Notes under the pieces: generated by a model
The model's input: only the letters and a program-made list of their open reading frames with translations
Database searches by the model: none
What the model was told of the DNA's origin: nothing
Translations under genes and position numbers: made by a program
NCBI GenBank assembly: GCA_964414345.1
Contig: CAYPWF010000004.1
Coordinates: forward strand, 23,865-87,864
Reading direction: 5' to 3'
DNA: 64,000 bases
Source of the DNA: an uncultured Desulfarculaceae bacterium
Lineage (GTDB): Bacteria > Desulfobacterota > Desulfocorpusculales > Desulfocorpusculum
Part shown: piece by piece, positions 19,455 through 29,066 of the stretch
How the letters are laid out: the number at the start of each line of letters is the position of its first letter
Numbering within the stretch: the stretch's first letter is position 1

Positions 19455-20144
19455 TCAGGCCTTCTTAGCTCCGGGCAGGGCTGCCGGGAAGAGCAGACTC
19501 GGGTCCAGATGAGGCAAGGAGCCGGGTTCGCTGAAAAGCACCAGGCGTCTGAAACCCTCGGCCATGCGGTACCCGAATCTGGCTCCCAGAACCTCCAGCA
19601 TTGCCTTTTGTCTTGGGATCCAAGCCTCAGGGCTTTGACTTCGGTGAGCCATGAGAGCGTGGGCTTTCTTATCCCATACATCCGAGATGTCTACAAAGGT
19701 ATCCAACTCCACAGGTCCTCTTAGGCCCATGCCCCTGTAGGTGTTGGCCGCGAAAATAGAAGGTATGATGCCAGGTCGGCTGCCCCCTGCATACCACCTT
19801 ATGAGCGCTCTGCGGGCCACCAGGAAGCTGGCCTCGTGGTCAGGGTGGGTGTCGTCTGGATTGTGCAGGATCAGGATCTGCGGCACCTGGCTCCCCAGGA
19901 TCTCCACCAACCTGTTGGCGGGCTCGTCCGTGTCCCTGACCCCAGTGTCAGGCAGGCCCAGGAGGTCCACGGAGCAGCCCAACCTGCGGGCTCCTTCCAT
20001 GGCCTCCCTCCCCCTCAAGTGATGGGGCTCGTATGTCATAACCACGATGTGGGCCTGGTGGCCCATGTGCGTGAACTTAGCCAGAGTACCTCCGGCCCAC
20101 ACCTCAGCGTCATCTGGATGGGCCATTATAGCCATGACCTTCAT
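19455..20144 (-). CDS. PIG-L/LmbE family N-acetylglucosaminyl deacetylase
   Basis: N-terminus MKVMAIMAHPDDAEVWAGGTL is the conserved AHPDDE motif. HxxH-like metal ligands downstream. 229 aa. Confidence 0.8.
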   Translation of the reverse strand: MKVMAIMAHPDDAEVWAGGTLAKFTHMGHQAHIVVMTYEPHHLRGREAMEGARRLGCSVDLLGLPDTGVRDTDEPANRLVEILGSQVPQILILHNPDDTHPDHEASFLVARRALIRWYAGGSRPGIIPSIFAANTYRGMGLRGPVELDTFVDISDVWDKKAHALMAHRSQSPEAWIPRQKAMLEVLGARFGYRMAEGFRRLVLFSEPGSLPHLDPSLLFPAALPGAKKA

Positions 20145-20299
20145 GCGAGCCTCCTACCCCGGATAAGAAAAACTCCTGTCCCTGGATCATCTTAATGGGG
20201 ACGCCGTGGCTTTACCACCCCTGGTCTACCGGCTGGCTTGCATGCTACCCTCTTTCATGTCCCTTTGGGTTCCCATCATGTCTGGTGGAGGATGAACAG

Positions 20300-20506
20300 A
20301 TGAGCGAGGTCATGCCCCAGGGAGAGGCCCTTCGCAAGGCCGTCAAGTGGATTTCACAGCGCAGAGAGACCCAGGACTGCCCCCCCAATCACAGGCTGGT
20401 AGAGGAGGCTTGCCTCAAGTTCAACCTCTCCCCATCGGATGCCGAGTTCTTGCTCAGGTTCCTCAAGGGTCAGACCTCCTCGGGATCACTCACCCAGGGT
20501 GGATGA
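20300..20506 (+). CDS. Small hypothetical protein (68 aa)
   Basis: An in-frame ATG at 20300 is preceded by GGTGGAGGA. The ORF track opens at 20195, but the N-terminal 35 aa look non-coding. Confidence 0.3.
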   Translation: MSEVMPQGEALRKAVKWISQRRETQDCPPNHRLVEEACLKFNLSPSDAEFLLRFLKGQTSSGSLTQGG

Positions 20507-20507
20507 C

Positions 20508-21275
20508 CTAAGGCTGGAACCTCCCAGCCCTCGGGGATGATTCCAGGGCCAGGTACTCCCGGAACCACCGCAGGGTGAGCCTGGTGGCCTCCTGCCTGTG
20601 GGCAGGATGGGTGAACCTGTGGTCTGCTCCTGGGATCACCTGAAGGTGCTTTGGAGATGAGGCCAGCTCGTGGATGCGACGGGCGTGAGACACGGGAACC
20701 AGTTCGTCTTTCTCGCCATGGATCACCAGCAAGTGGTGGATCCCCTTGATGGAAGAGGCCAGATCGTGGTTTCTCAGATCTTGAAAGAATGCCGGGCCCA
20801 GCCCGCCAGTGCTCGCCTGGGCACCGCAGGCCGCCACCTCCGCCGGCTCAAAGGGCGTGGCCCACACCGAGAGAGCCGACACCTCGGCCCCGGTTGCGGC
20901 GCACAGGAGTGCCACGAACCCGCCCATGCTGCTACCCATGAGGCCTAGAGGACCCCGGTGTCCCAGTGTCCCTTTCAAGAACCCGATTAATTCCCGGAGG
21001 TCCTCCACCCGGCCCGAGACAGTGCTATCCTCGATCCTCCCATGGCTCGAACCACATCCCCGGAAATCGAAGCGGACCGCACCGATTCGCTCGTGCTGCA
21101 GAGCCTCTGCCAGTTGTCTGAACTTGGGGCTCTCCATTGAACTCAGTAGCCCGTGACATAGAACCACGCAGGGCAGTTCCTGCCATCCTCTGGGAGCATG
21201 GAGCACGCCCGCCACTGGTTGCCCGTGCACCAGAACCTGGAAGGCATGTTGCCCGTGCAGCCTCCAGTGGATCAT
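20508..21275 (-). CDS. Alpha/beta hydrolase fold protein
   Basis: 255 aa. Nucleophile elbow GSSMGG (GxSxG). HGxxD late-His region. Confidence 0.75.
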   Translation of the reverse strand: MIHWRLHGQHAFQVLVHGQPVAGVLHAPRGWQELPCVVLCHGLLSSMESPKFRQLAEALQHERIGAVRFDFRGCGSSHGRIEDSTVSGRVEDLRELIGFLKGTLGHRGPLGLMGSSMGGFVALLCAATGAEVSALSVWATPFEPAEVAACGAQASTGGLGPAFFQDLRNHDLASSIKGIHHLLVIHGEKDELVPVSHARRIHELASSPKHLQVIPGADHRFTHPAHRQEATRLTLRWFREYLALESSPRAGRFQP

Positions 21276-22801
21276 CAGATGCGGATTTCCTCCACGCTCT
21301 CGCCCTCGCCTCCTTTCTTGGCGCGGTAAAGGCGCAGGGTGGCTTCCTGGGAGGGGAAGCCTGGCTGAATGTCCAGGAGGATCTTTATCCCGAACTCCCT
21401 CTCGGTGTCAGACAGATCTTTTCTGAGCTCGTTGAGAAGATATCGGCCCGTGCTCTGGGGCAGCTCCCCCTCCACTCTGAGGAGATTCTTTTTGGCCGCT
21501 GCCCCCTGGATCTTGCGAAGCACCTGGAGTGCTTGCGCCTCGGGGGACTTCACCTTCCCAACCCCCCTGCAAAGAGGACAGGGGTCAAAGGCTTTGGACT
21601 CCAGAGGGGGTTTGAGGCGCTGGCGGGACATCTCCAGAAGCCCGAACTGCGAAATGCGGGACATGCGAACCCTCGCCTTGTCTCCCTTGAAGGCTTCCCT
21701 GAAGGTCTTCTCCACCTCTGCCCTGTTCTTCTTGTTCTCCATGTCTATGAAATCCACCACGATGAGACCCCCCAGATCCCTTAGCCTGAGCTGCCTGGCT
21801 ATCTCCTGGGCCGCCTCCAGGTTGGTCTTGAAGGCCGTTGTCTCGGGATCCTCCCGCACCGTGGTCTTCCCTGTATTCACATCTATGGCTACCAGGGCCT
21901 CGGTGGGGGTGATCACGATGGTGCCGCCTGACTTGAGTCGAACCTGCGGATCATGTATGGACTCGATCTGTTCCTCGATCTGGTACTTGTTGAACAGCGG
22001 GGTCCTGTCCTTGTAAAGCTTCACCATCTTGGCAAGCTTGGGCATGGTGGCCTTGAAGAACTCCTGGATTTCCTCGAAGAGCCTCTCATCGTCCACCAAA
22101 ATCTCATCCACATCCGGGGAAAGGTAATCCCGTATGGTGCGGATGGCCAGGTTGCTTTCTTGGTAAAGCAGGGCGGGGGGGGTGGCCTTCTTGGCCTTCT
22201 CTGCTATGCCCTGCCATAGTCTGCGCAAGGCCTTGGCTTCCCGCTGAAGCTCGTTTTTGGATTTCCCCTCCGCCGCGGTCCGTGCTATGAACCCCACCTC
22301 CTCGGACGGGTTGATCTCGTCCAGAAGTTTCTTGAGGCGTTCTCGTTCCTGCTCGTCCTCGATCTTGCGGGAGACTCCGTTCTTGGCCCTATAGGGCATC
22401 AGGACCAGAAAGCGGCCTGGGAATGAGATGTAGGTGGTGAGCAGTGCCCCCTTGTGCCCTCTGGGGTCCTGAGAGACCTGCACCAGAATGTGCTGGTTAC
22501 GTTCCAGGATCTTCCTGATGGGAGGAGTTCCATTGCCTTCTTTTTTAGGCTGTCCCCTGTACCACTTGGGGTGGATGTCGTCTGCGGGCAGGAAGCCGTT
22601 TCGTTCCCCCCCGTAGTCCACGAATGCGGCGTTGAGGCTCGGATCCAGCCTGTCCACCACGGCCTTGTATATGTTTCCTGAGATCTGTCCCCTAGCGCTG
22701 GTCTCCATTCCTACTTCTTGGAGAAGCCCATTTTCCACTATGGCCACCCGGAGCTGGTCCTCAGCAGCGGCGTTGATTAGCATTTTCTTGGACATGCCCA
22801 T
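21275..22801 (-). CDS. rng: Ribonuclease G/E family endoribonuclease (Rne/Rng)
   Basis: 508 aa. S1 domain at the N-terminus (INAAAEDQLRVAIVENGLLQEV). Catalytic-domain blocks IVITPTEALVAIDVNTGK and DLGGLIVVDFIDM. C-terminal Zn-link CPLCRGVG. Confidence 0.8.
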   Translation of the reverse strand: MGMSKKMLINAAAEDQLRVAIVENGLLQEVGMETSARGQISGNIYKAVVDRLDPSLNAAFVDYGGERNGFLPADDIHPKWYRGQPKKEGNGTPPIRKILERNQHILVQVSQDPRGHKGALLTTYISFPGRFLVLMPYRAKNGVSRKIEDEQERERLKKLLDEINPSEEVGFIARTAAEGKSKNELQREAKALRRLWQGIAEKAKKATPPALLYQESNLAIRTIRDYLSPDVDEILVDDERLFEEIQEFFKATMPKLAKMVKLYKDRTPLFNKYQIEEQIESIHDPQVRLKSGGTIVITPTEALVAIDVNTGKTTVREDPETTAFKTNLEAAQEIARQLRLRDLGGLIVVDFIDMENKKNRAEVEKTFREAFKGDKARVRMSRISQFGLLEMSRQRLKPPLESKAFDPCPLCRGVGKVKSPEAQALQVLRKIQGAAAKKNLLRVEGELPQSTGRYLLNELRKDLSDTEREFGIKILLDIQPGFPSQEATLRLYRAKKGGEGESVEEIRI

Positions 22802-22963
22802 CCTTCTCTGGTTTTGTCTCCCGTGTTGGCCCCTTCACGGGTGAGGATACCTTATCCCAGCCTGGTGGAAATGACAACATACAAGGGCAGCGGTTTGCCT
22901 GGAGCAGACTCATGGGTTATCATGCCATGTCGTGGGGCCGGGAATAGATAACCGCTGGAGCGG

Positions 22964-23515
22964 GTGTCCATGCCTTTTTACGCTTTCGGGGAGCGCGAGC
23001 CCAGGGTTCATCCCAGGGCATACGTGCATCCCATGGCCGTGGTGTTGGGAGATGTGGAGCTCGGGGAGAACTGCTACGTGGGCCCCGGGGCAGTGCTTCG
23101 GGCTGACTGGGGCAGCATACGTGTGGGCGCGGGTTCCAACCTGCAGGAGAACTGCGTGGTGCACGTGCGGCCTGACCAAGAGGTGATCCTGGGGGTGGAC
23201 TGCCACGTGGGCCACGGAGCAATCATCCATGGAGCTTTGGTGGAAGACAGGGTGCTTGTGGGCATGGGAGCCATCCTCATGGATGGCGTGCGTGTGGGCA
23301 TGGAGTCCATAGTGGGGGCAGGGGCCGTGCTCAAGGAAGGCTTCCAAGTCCCACCCAGATCCATTGTGACGGGAGTTCCTGCCAAGGTGGTGGGACGAGT
23401 CACGGAGCAGCTCATGGAGAGAAAAAAATGGGGCACGGCACTCTACCAGGGCCTCCCCAGACTGTATAAGGAGCAGCTCAGGGAGATTCCCCCAGGCTCC
23501 CTGAGGAGGTTGTGA
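22964..23515 (+). CDS. Gamma-carbonic anhydrase family/hexapeptide-repeat protein (PaaY/YrdA/CaiE-like)
   Basis: 183 aa. Left-handed beta-helix hexapeptide repeats with the His ligands typical of gamma-CA-like proteins (VHPRAYVHPMAVVLGDVELGENCYVGPGAVLRAD). Confidence 0.8.
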   Translation: MSMPFYAFGEREPRVHPRAYVHPMAVVLGDVELGENCYVGPGAVLRADWGSIRVGAGSNLQENCVVHVRPDQEVILGVDCHVGHGAIIHGALVEDRVLVGMGAILMDGVRVGMESIVGAGAVLKEGFQVPPRSIVTGVPAKVVGRVTEQLMERKKWGTALYQGLPRLYKEQLREIPPGSLRRL

Positions 23516-23583
23516 GCCGGTCTTAGCCAGGTGGAAGCCCGGACGACGAGCCTGGCGGCATTTGAGGGCGAGAGGGTGGCCCA

Positions 23584-24420
23584 GTGCTGGCATGGAGCAG
23601 ATTGATACAATCGGGAGCCTTGATAGCCGGGGTCTTGCTGGCGGCCATGGGGGCTCACTGCGAGGAGACAATTGGAGACATCAGGTGGAGGAATTCCCTG
23701 GGCATGGAGTTTCTCAAAATCCCCCCTGGGAGTTTCATGATGGGGAGCCCCGAGAAAGAGCAATTCAGAGACGAGGATGAGACCCCCCACCTGGTCAGGT
23801 TGACGCGTGCCTTTTTCATCCAGGAAACAGAGGTCACCCAGGCCCAGTGGAAGGCCGTGATGGGTTCCAACCCATCTTTTTTCAGGGACTGCGGGGACAA
23901 CTGCCCTGTGGAAAGGGTCTCCTGGAATGATGCCACAAGGTTCCTAGAGGCCCTCAATGGAAGAGGAGAGGGGCGCTATCGGCTCCCCACAGAGGCCGAG
24001 TGGGAGTACGCATGCAGGGCAGGGAGCGCAACCCCATTCAGCTGGGGGGATGCTCCGGACTGCCGCATGGGCCTGTTCAACAACAACCCCAGAAGAGGGG
24101 TGGCCAAGTGTTTGGCAGAGGTGCTGGCCAGGGGACTGAAGCCAGGCTCCACGGCCCCAGTGCGTTCCTATCCTCCCAACAAGTGGGGGCTTTACGACAT
24201 GCACGGAAATGTCTGGGAGTGGTGCCAGGATTGGTACGGGCCCTATCCCAAAGGGGAAGTAACGGATCCCAAGGGCCCGGAGCAAGGCAGTTTCAAGGTG
24301 AGGCGGGGCGGCAGCTGGTTCAAATATGCCACCTTCGGCCGTTCGGCCAACCGCAACTATGCTCATCCGGCCAGCAGATACAACACCACTGGATTCAGGC
24401 TGGTAAGAGAGGTGGATTAG
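23584..24420 (+). CDS. Formylglycine-generating enzyme (SUMF1/FGE) family protein with an N-terminal signal peptide
   Basis: Motifs RVSWNDA, RLPTEAEWEYACRAG and YDMHGNVWEWCQDWY are FGE-sulfatase domain hallmarks. The N-terminal hydrophobic segment suggests secretion. Confidence 0.8.
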   Translation: MLAWSRLIQSGALIAGVLLAAMGAHCEETIGDIRWRNSLGMEFLKIPPGSFMMGSPEKEQFRDEDETPHLVRLTRAFFIQETEVTQAQWKAVMGSNPSFFRDCGDNCPVERVSWNDATRFLEALNGRGEGRYRLPTEAEWEYACRAGSATPFSWGDAPDCRMGLFNNNPRRGVAKCLAEVLARGLKPGSTAPVRSYPPNKWGLYDMHGNVWEWCQDWYGPYPKGEVTDPKGPEQGSFKVRRGGSWFKYATFGRSANRNYAHPASRYNTTGFRLVREVD

Positions 24421-24456
24421 CCCGCATTATCGACTGATGGTGAATAGTGCAGGCTA
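24418..24456. repeat. Solo imperfect inverted repeat of the element terminal 13-mer (TAGCCCGCATTAT-N13-ATAGTGCAGGCTA), lying exactly between two convergent stop codons
   Basis: Left arm TAGCCCGCATTAT (the TAG is the stop codon of the FGE-like gene). Right arm ATAGTGCAGGCTA (the CTA is the reverse-complement stop of the minus-strand transporter gene). 11 of 13 pairs plus one G-U. Confidence 0.5.
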
Positions 24457-27400
24457 GCGGCTTTCTTGGGATCTGAACTTTTCGTGTAGTGCCCTCATTC
24501 TCCTACTCAGCTCGGCGCAAATAGCTATGGGAATCCCAGGATGCTCGGCCATGAGTCGGTGGAAGGCCTCTCCCTCCAACCTAAGCAAGAGCCCCCCCTG
24601 AGAATCTGCTTTGACAGTGGCGGATCTGGGCCCGTGATCGAACAAAGCCATCTCCCCGAAGAACTCCAGGGAGCCTATCTTGGCTATGGGCACTGGCTCC
24701 CCGTCTCCCATGGACTTCAGAACCTGGAACTCTCCCTTCACCACAAGGTAAAGGGCATCTCCAGGTTCTCCCTCCTTTACCACCACCTCTCCAGGGGCGC
24801 AGGAGCGCTCCAGCATTATTCCCGCCACAGCGAAAAGATCCCTCACCAACAAAGAAGAGAAAATGGGCACTTTTCGGGCATAATCAGCCTTTTCTATGAG
24901 GCTCAGGAAATGCTCCCCAAGTTCCCCCGAGGAGCTTTGGAAATGAGCTTGGCTGAACCTCAGGTAAGCCTCACTGACCAGGGGATCTCTGTCTTGCAAT
25001 AAAGCCTCAAGCATGTTTTCACCCATGGGCTGGAGCCTTATTTCCCCAAAGTAGTAAATAGCCAAAGCCCGGCTGACCGAGTCCTCCTCGGCTATGAGAA
25101 GCTCTGCCAGTTCTTGCTGTGAAATCCTTCTTGGATCCGGGATCTTCAAGCTCTTGCGGGCTGCAGCCAGCTTTTCTTCAAGGGGTATGTTGTCCAGAAG
25201 TGGGATGAGCAGTTTTCTAACTCCTGGATGAAGAAAGCTCTCCAGTGCTTCCAGAGCATCTTCCACCTCTCTTCGATCCGTGGAGCCGAGTGCCCTGAGA
25301 AGCACCTGCATCCCCTCACCTCCTCCTTGAACGCTCAAGACTCTCAAGACAGTCTCCTGCACCCCGCGGCTCGTCTCTAAAAGATGCTGGCTCAACAATT
25401 GGGCGCAAATACCTTCTCCGTGGGCTTTCACCGCCAAAGCAGCGGCGATCATTCGATAGGCCCTCTCGATCTGTTCTTTTACAAACTGGGAGACCTCCAC
25501 TGGCTTGGCCTCCATCTCATCCAAGAGCAGCAAAGCCTCTTGGCGCAACCTCCTGGAGGGAGAGGCCAGTGCTCTTATCAATTCACGGGCAGCCTCGGCA
25601 TTGCCCTTGACCGCTTGGCGCGCCCAGCTGCGCACCTGCGGGTCCTCGTCTCCAAGTAGATCCAGCCAACCTGCAAGTGGGACTTTCTCTGCGCAGGAGG
25701 CCATCATCTCCGCTGCAGCCCTTCTCACCACTGCGTTTGGATCCCGAATTGCTTGGCGTGCCATTGCTAGCAGCTCTGGGTCACAACTGCGCGCCAGTCC
25801 TCTCAAAGCCAAGCTGCGCAGCTCCGGATCTTCACAGCCGGCCCAGTGGTAGAGATCCCGAGCAAAGTTGGGATCAGCACTCCTGGCCAAAACCTCCAGG
25901 GCCACTTTCACCTGGGAGATTTGTCCTGAATCCATCAGTTCTTTGAGAAGCCTGCGGCACTCCAGAATCCCTTCCTGATCCCTTCCTGCCAAGATTCCGG
26001 CCATGGCCTGGATCCGCACTTTGGGTTCCCTATGATTCAAATGCTGCTTGAAGATTGCATAACAGGATTCAGGGGCCAGGCGGTTCATTGCCTCCAAGAG
26101 TTCGCTGAGCAGATCGGGGTCAGCCGTTAGTGCCATATTCTCCATCAAGGGGATCACTTCCTTGGCTGTTTCATCCCTCTGGAGGCTGGCCAAAAGTGCG
26201 TGTTGAAGAGCCCGGGGTCTTCCAGGCAAGGCCTCCACCACCCAACGGGCCCAGCCAGGCGGCCTCACCAAAGCCAATATCTCCGCGCACAGCGATGCTA
26301 CTTCTTCCCTGGAGTCCTTAAGCCCCGATCTAAGTGCCTCCAGACTTCTTGCATCCTGAGCCACAGCTTTCAGGTCTATTTGCTCCAGGCGTTCCCAGTC
26401 GATCTGGCGCTCCAGGAGTACCTTCACGAGCATTCTCGGGTAATTCCTCCTGATCATGAAGCTGGTCAAAATCCAGAGGAGAACCAGCGGTGCTGCCACC
26501 AGGGAGAGGAGCTGAGGGGGGATTATCCCCTTAATGGCCATGAGAAGCCCAGAACCTGCCATGTCTGAGGCCCTCACCACCGTGCCTCTGAGGAAGACCC
26601 TCACCATGGCCCGCATTTGGGGTGGGAAAAAGTTGTACAGGATAGCCCTGGCAGGATTGTTGAGGGTGGTCTTGAGCACCTCTGTGCTGAACCGGGCGTA
26701 CATGGCAGCCAGTATGTCGAAACGAAGCCACAGGGAGATGAAGGACAGAAGATAATTGATGGGGTGAAACAGCAGGCTTGTTGGGACCCCCCAGCGGCTG
26801 AGAAGCCTCCCGGAGAACAGAAGGGCCGAGAACATGAATGCGTTGGAGACCCCCCTGAAGAGCCCCAGGAAGTGCAGAGTCTCCTGTTCTGTGCCGTAGG
26901 TGATGTCCACCACCACATTGAACTGGTAGGTGAGCACCGGAAGCACCATGTTGGGGATGGCAACCAGCAGCACCATGTAACGCAGGAAAGGAGACTCTTT
27001 CCAGAAAACAGGCGCTTCCCTGAGGGTTTCGGAAAGCCCAGGCTTGCGCTTTCCCCGTCGCCTATCCGTGCGGGGCTGTATGGGGGTGCCCACCACCCGC
27101 TCCGTGCCCTGGTTGAGCCCTGCTGCCAGCAACGTGCCCACCACGAACACCCAAAGCACGTTGTCCACCCCGACCCAGCGCGCCACGTTTGATGTGAGCA
27201 CGCTTCCCAGGGTGGTTCCCAAGATCCCCCCAGCTGTGATGAGGGTGAACAACCGCTTTGATTGCCTTGTGGTGAAAAGATCGTTGAGGATGTCCCAGTA
27301 GAGGATTGGGAGTGTTTCTATGGCCTGGCTTTTGAGAATGAAAAGGATGGGATACAGAAGAGGGAGGTCCAGGGGGATGAGGAGCCGCACGGTTGCCACA

Positions 27401-27684
27401 CACGCCGAGAAGAATATGAGCAGCCCGGTGAAGACCGAGAGGGTGCGAAACTTGCCCATGAGCACCCCCACCGCATTGATTACCAGGAAGGTGAGGATGG
27501 ATTCTATGAGAAAGACCGTGGGGAGGTGCTCCACGCCGAATCTTTTGAGAAAAGCCGTTTGGGAGTAATTGTTTACAAGCACGGAGCTGACCCTCATGGC
27601 CAGCTGGATGAGGGTGACCCATATCAACAGGCGCCATTCCTCTGGATAGACTCGAAAGGCCTTTTGAAGTAAAGACCCCATCAA
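24454..27684 (-). CDS. Multidomain membrane protein: N-terminal TLC/MFS-like 12-TM transporter domain, central HEAT/PBS-lyase-type repeats, C-terminal cyclic-nucleotide-binding domain
   Basis: 1076 aa. The N-terminal ~430 aa are polytopic, resembling the ATP/ADP-translocase (TLC)/MFS fold. Middle repeats of the type DPNAVVRRAAAEMM and DEDPQVRSWARQAV are HEAT-like. C-terminal FFGEMALFD...RSATVKA is the cNMP-binding signature (FGE..L, RSA). Confidence 0.65.
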   Translation of the reverse strand: MMGSLLQKAFRVYPEEWRLLIWVTLIQLAMRVSSVLVNNYSQTAFLKRFGVEHLPTVFLIESILTFLVINAVGVLMGKFRTLSVFTGLLIFFSACVATVRLLIPLDLPLLYPILFILKSQAIETLPILYWDILNDLFTTRQSKRLFTLITAGGILGTTLGSVLTSNVARWVGVDNVLWVFVVGTLLAAGLNQGTERVVGTPIQPRTDRRRGKRKPGLSETLREAPVFWKESPFLRYMVLLVAIPNMVLPVLTYQFNVVVDITYGTEQETLHFLGLFRGVSNAFMFSALLFSGRLLSRWGVPTSLLFHPINYLLSFISLWLRFDILAAMYARFSTEVLKTTLNNPARAILYNFFPPQMRAMVRVFLRGTVVRASDMAGSGLLMAIKGIIPPQLLSLVAAPLVLLWILTSFMIRRNYPRMLVKVLLERQIDWERLEQIDLKAVAQDARSLEALRSGLKDSREEVASLCAEILALVRPPGWARWVVEALPGRPRALQHALLASLQRDETAKEVIPLMENMALTADPDLLSELLEAMNRLAPESCYAIFKQHLNHREPKVRIQAMAGILAGRDQEGILECRRLLKELMDSGQISQVKVALEVLARSADPNFARDLYHWAGCEDPELRSLALRGLARSCDPELLAMARQAIRDPNAVVRRAAAEMMASCAEKVPLAGWLDLLGDEDPQVRSWARQAVKGNAEAARELIRALASPSRRLRQEALLLLDEMEAKPVEVSQFVKEQIERAYRMIAAALAVKAHGEGICAQLLSQHLLETSRGVQETVLRVLSVQGGGEGMQVLLRALGSTDRREVEDALEALESFLHPGVRKLLIPLLDNIPLEEKLAAARKSLKIPDPRRISQQELAELLIAEEDSVSRALAIYYFGEIRLQPMGENMLEALLQDRDPLVSEAYLRFSQAHFQSSSGELGEHFLSLIEKADYARKVPIFSSLLVRDLFAVAGIMLERSCAPGEVVVKEGEPGDALYLVVKGEFQVLKSMGDGEPVPIAKIGSLEFFGEMALFDHGPRSATVKADSQGGLLLRLEGEAFHRLMAEHPGIPIAICAELSRRMRALHEKFRSQESR

Positions 27685-28146
27685 GAGAACTCCAGAAACC
27701 TAAATACCCACTAGCCCAAGTAACTCTCTAGAGCATGGGCTGGACGGCATGATGTCAAGAATTATTCAGACCGCCGTGTCTTGGAGCTTCACGGCGCATC
27801 AAAGCTTACCACATTCAGGCTCAAAGCTCCCAGTGGTTCTTGGACTTGAGCCCCACAGGGTCTTGACTCTGATGGTGAAGGCCGATTCCGTGATATCGTA
27901 AGACAAATTAAGGGTTGGTAAAATCCTGACCCTGCTTTTCCTCTTCCCCAGGATTTTAACCTGGACATGGTGAATCTTAAGTGGCCTGAAGACAAGCTTA
28001 TCCCCAAAGGGGCCGGTTTCGGCTCTTGATGCGGCATGAAGAAGATGTTGCCCATTTTGATCGTACATGGCCTGAGGGGTCAAGCGGGCTTTGACACCTC
28101 CCGAAAGCCTGTGATAAGAGAATAGACCGGTCTTAGGGGGTGCAAA

Positions 28147-29007
28147 GTGCAAGTCCGGACAGTTGGGGTGGTGGGAAAAAAACGTATTGATCTGGTGGTT
28201 CGTACAGCTGAACAACTGGTTGACTGGCTTAGAGCACGTCAAGTGGAATGTTTGGTGGAAGAAGAGCTGGCTGTATGTTCAGGGCTCCTGGTCGGATGCC
28301 CCAGGCAGGAGCTGCCTTCAAGGATTGACTTGCTGGTAGTCCTGGGGGGTGATGGGACTCTTCTTAGTGCCGCAAGGCTTCTGGCAGGAAGTCAGGTGCC
28401 ACTTTTGGGAGTGAATGCTGGGGGGCTTGGTTTTCTCACCGAAGTAGCCCTGGAGGAGATGTTCCAGGTCTTGCAACAGGTGCTGGAGGGGGAGATCACC
28501 ATCACCCAAAGGAGTCTTCTAGATGCAGTGGTGTGGCGGGAGGGGGAAAAAGTTGCGAGCCATAGCGTCTTGAACGACGTGGTTGTGAACAAGGGGGTCC
28601 TGGCGCGCATAATAGACCTGGAGACCCACATTGATGATTACTATTTGACCACCTTTAAGGCGGACGGTCTCATCATCAGCAGCCCTGCCGGATCAACAGC
28701 CTACAATCTCTCGGCAGGAGGGCCCATAGTCCATCCGGCCTTAGGTTGCATAATCTTGACCCCCATTTGTCCCCATACTCTCACCAACCGTCCCATCATT
28801 TTACCTGAGGACCGTACCATAAGGGTCTCTCTGGGCTCTGTTTATGGGGAGGTATACCTTACCTTCGACGGTCAGGTAGGCTATAGGCTGATAGACGGGG
28901 ACCTGCTGGAAGTTCGCACCAGTCCGCACCGGCTCTCTCTCATTAAATCCCCACACCGGAGCTTTTACGAGGTCTTAAGGAGCAAGCTGCGTTGGGGGGA
29001 AAGATGA
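28147..29007 (+). CDS. nadK: NAD(+) kinase
   Basis: 286 aa. GTG start with RBS AGGGGGTG. Motifs GGDGTLL, NAGGLGFL and DGLIISSPAGSTAYNLSAGGPI. Confidence 0.85.
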   Translation: MQVRTVGVVGKKRIDLVVRTAEQLVDWLRARQVECLVEEELAVCSGLLVGCPRQELPSRIDLLVVLGGDGTLLSAARLLAGSQVPLLGVNAGGLGFLTEVALEEMFQVLQQVLEGEITITQRSLLDAVVWREGEKVASHSVLNDVVVNKGVLARIIDLETHIDDYYLTTFKADGLIISSPAGSTAYNLSAGGPIVHPALGCIILTPICPHTLTNRPIILPEDRTIRVSLGSVYGEVYLTFDGQVGYRLIDGDLLEVRTSPHRLSLIKSPHRSFYEVLRSKLRWGER

Positions 29008-29066
29008 GAAAAAAGGGGCTGTAGGGTGGAATTCACTCGGGCAATAACATCAAAGCGGGATCAGCC

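Noticed and set aside
27799-28242. 147-aa ORF on the minus strand in the 460-bp divergent gap upstream of nadK
   Set aside because: No RBS, low-complexity composition, and it overlaps the nadK start. More likely a non-coding divergent promoter region.
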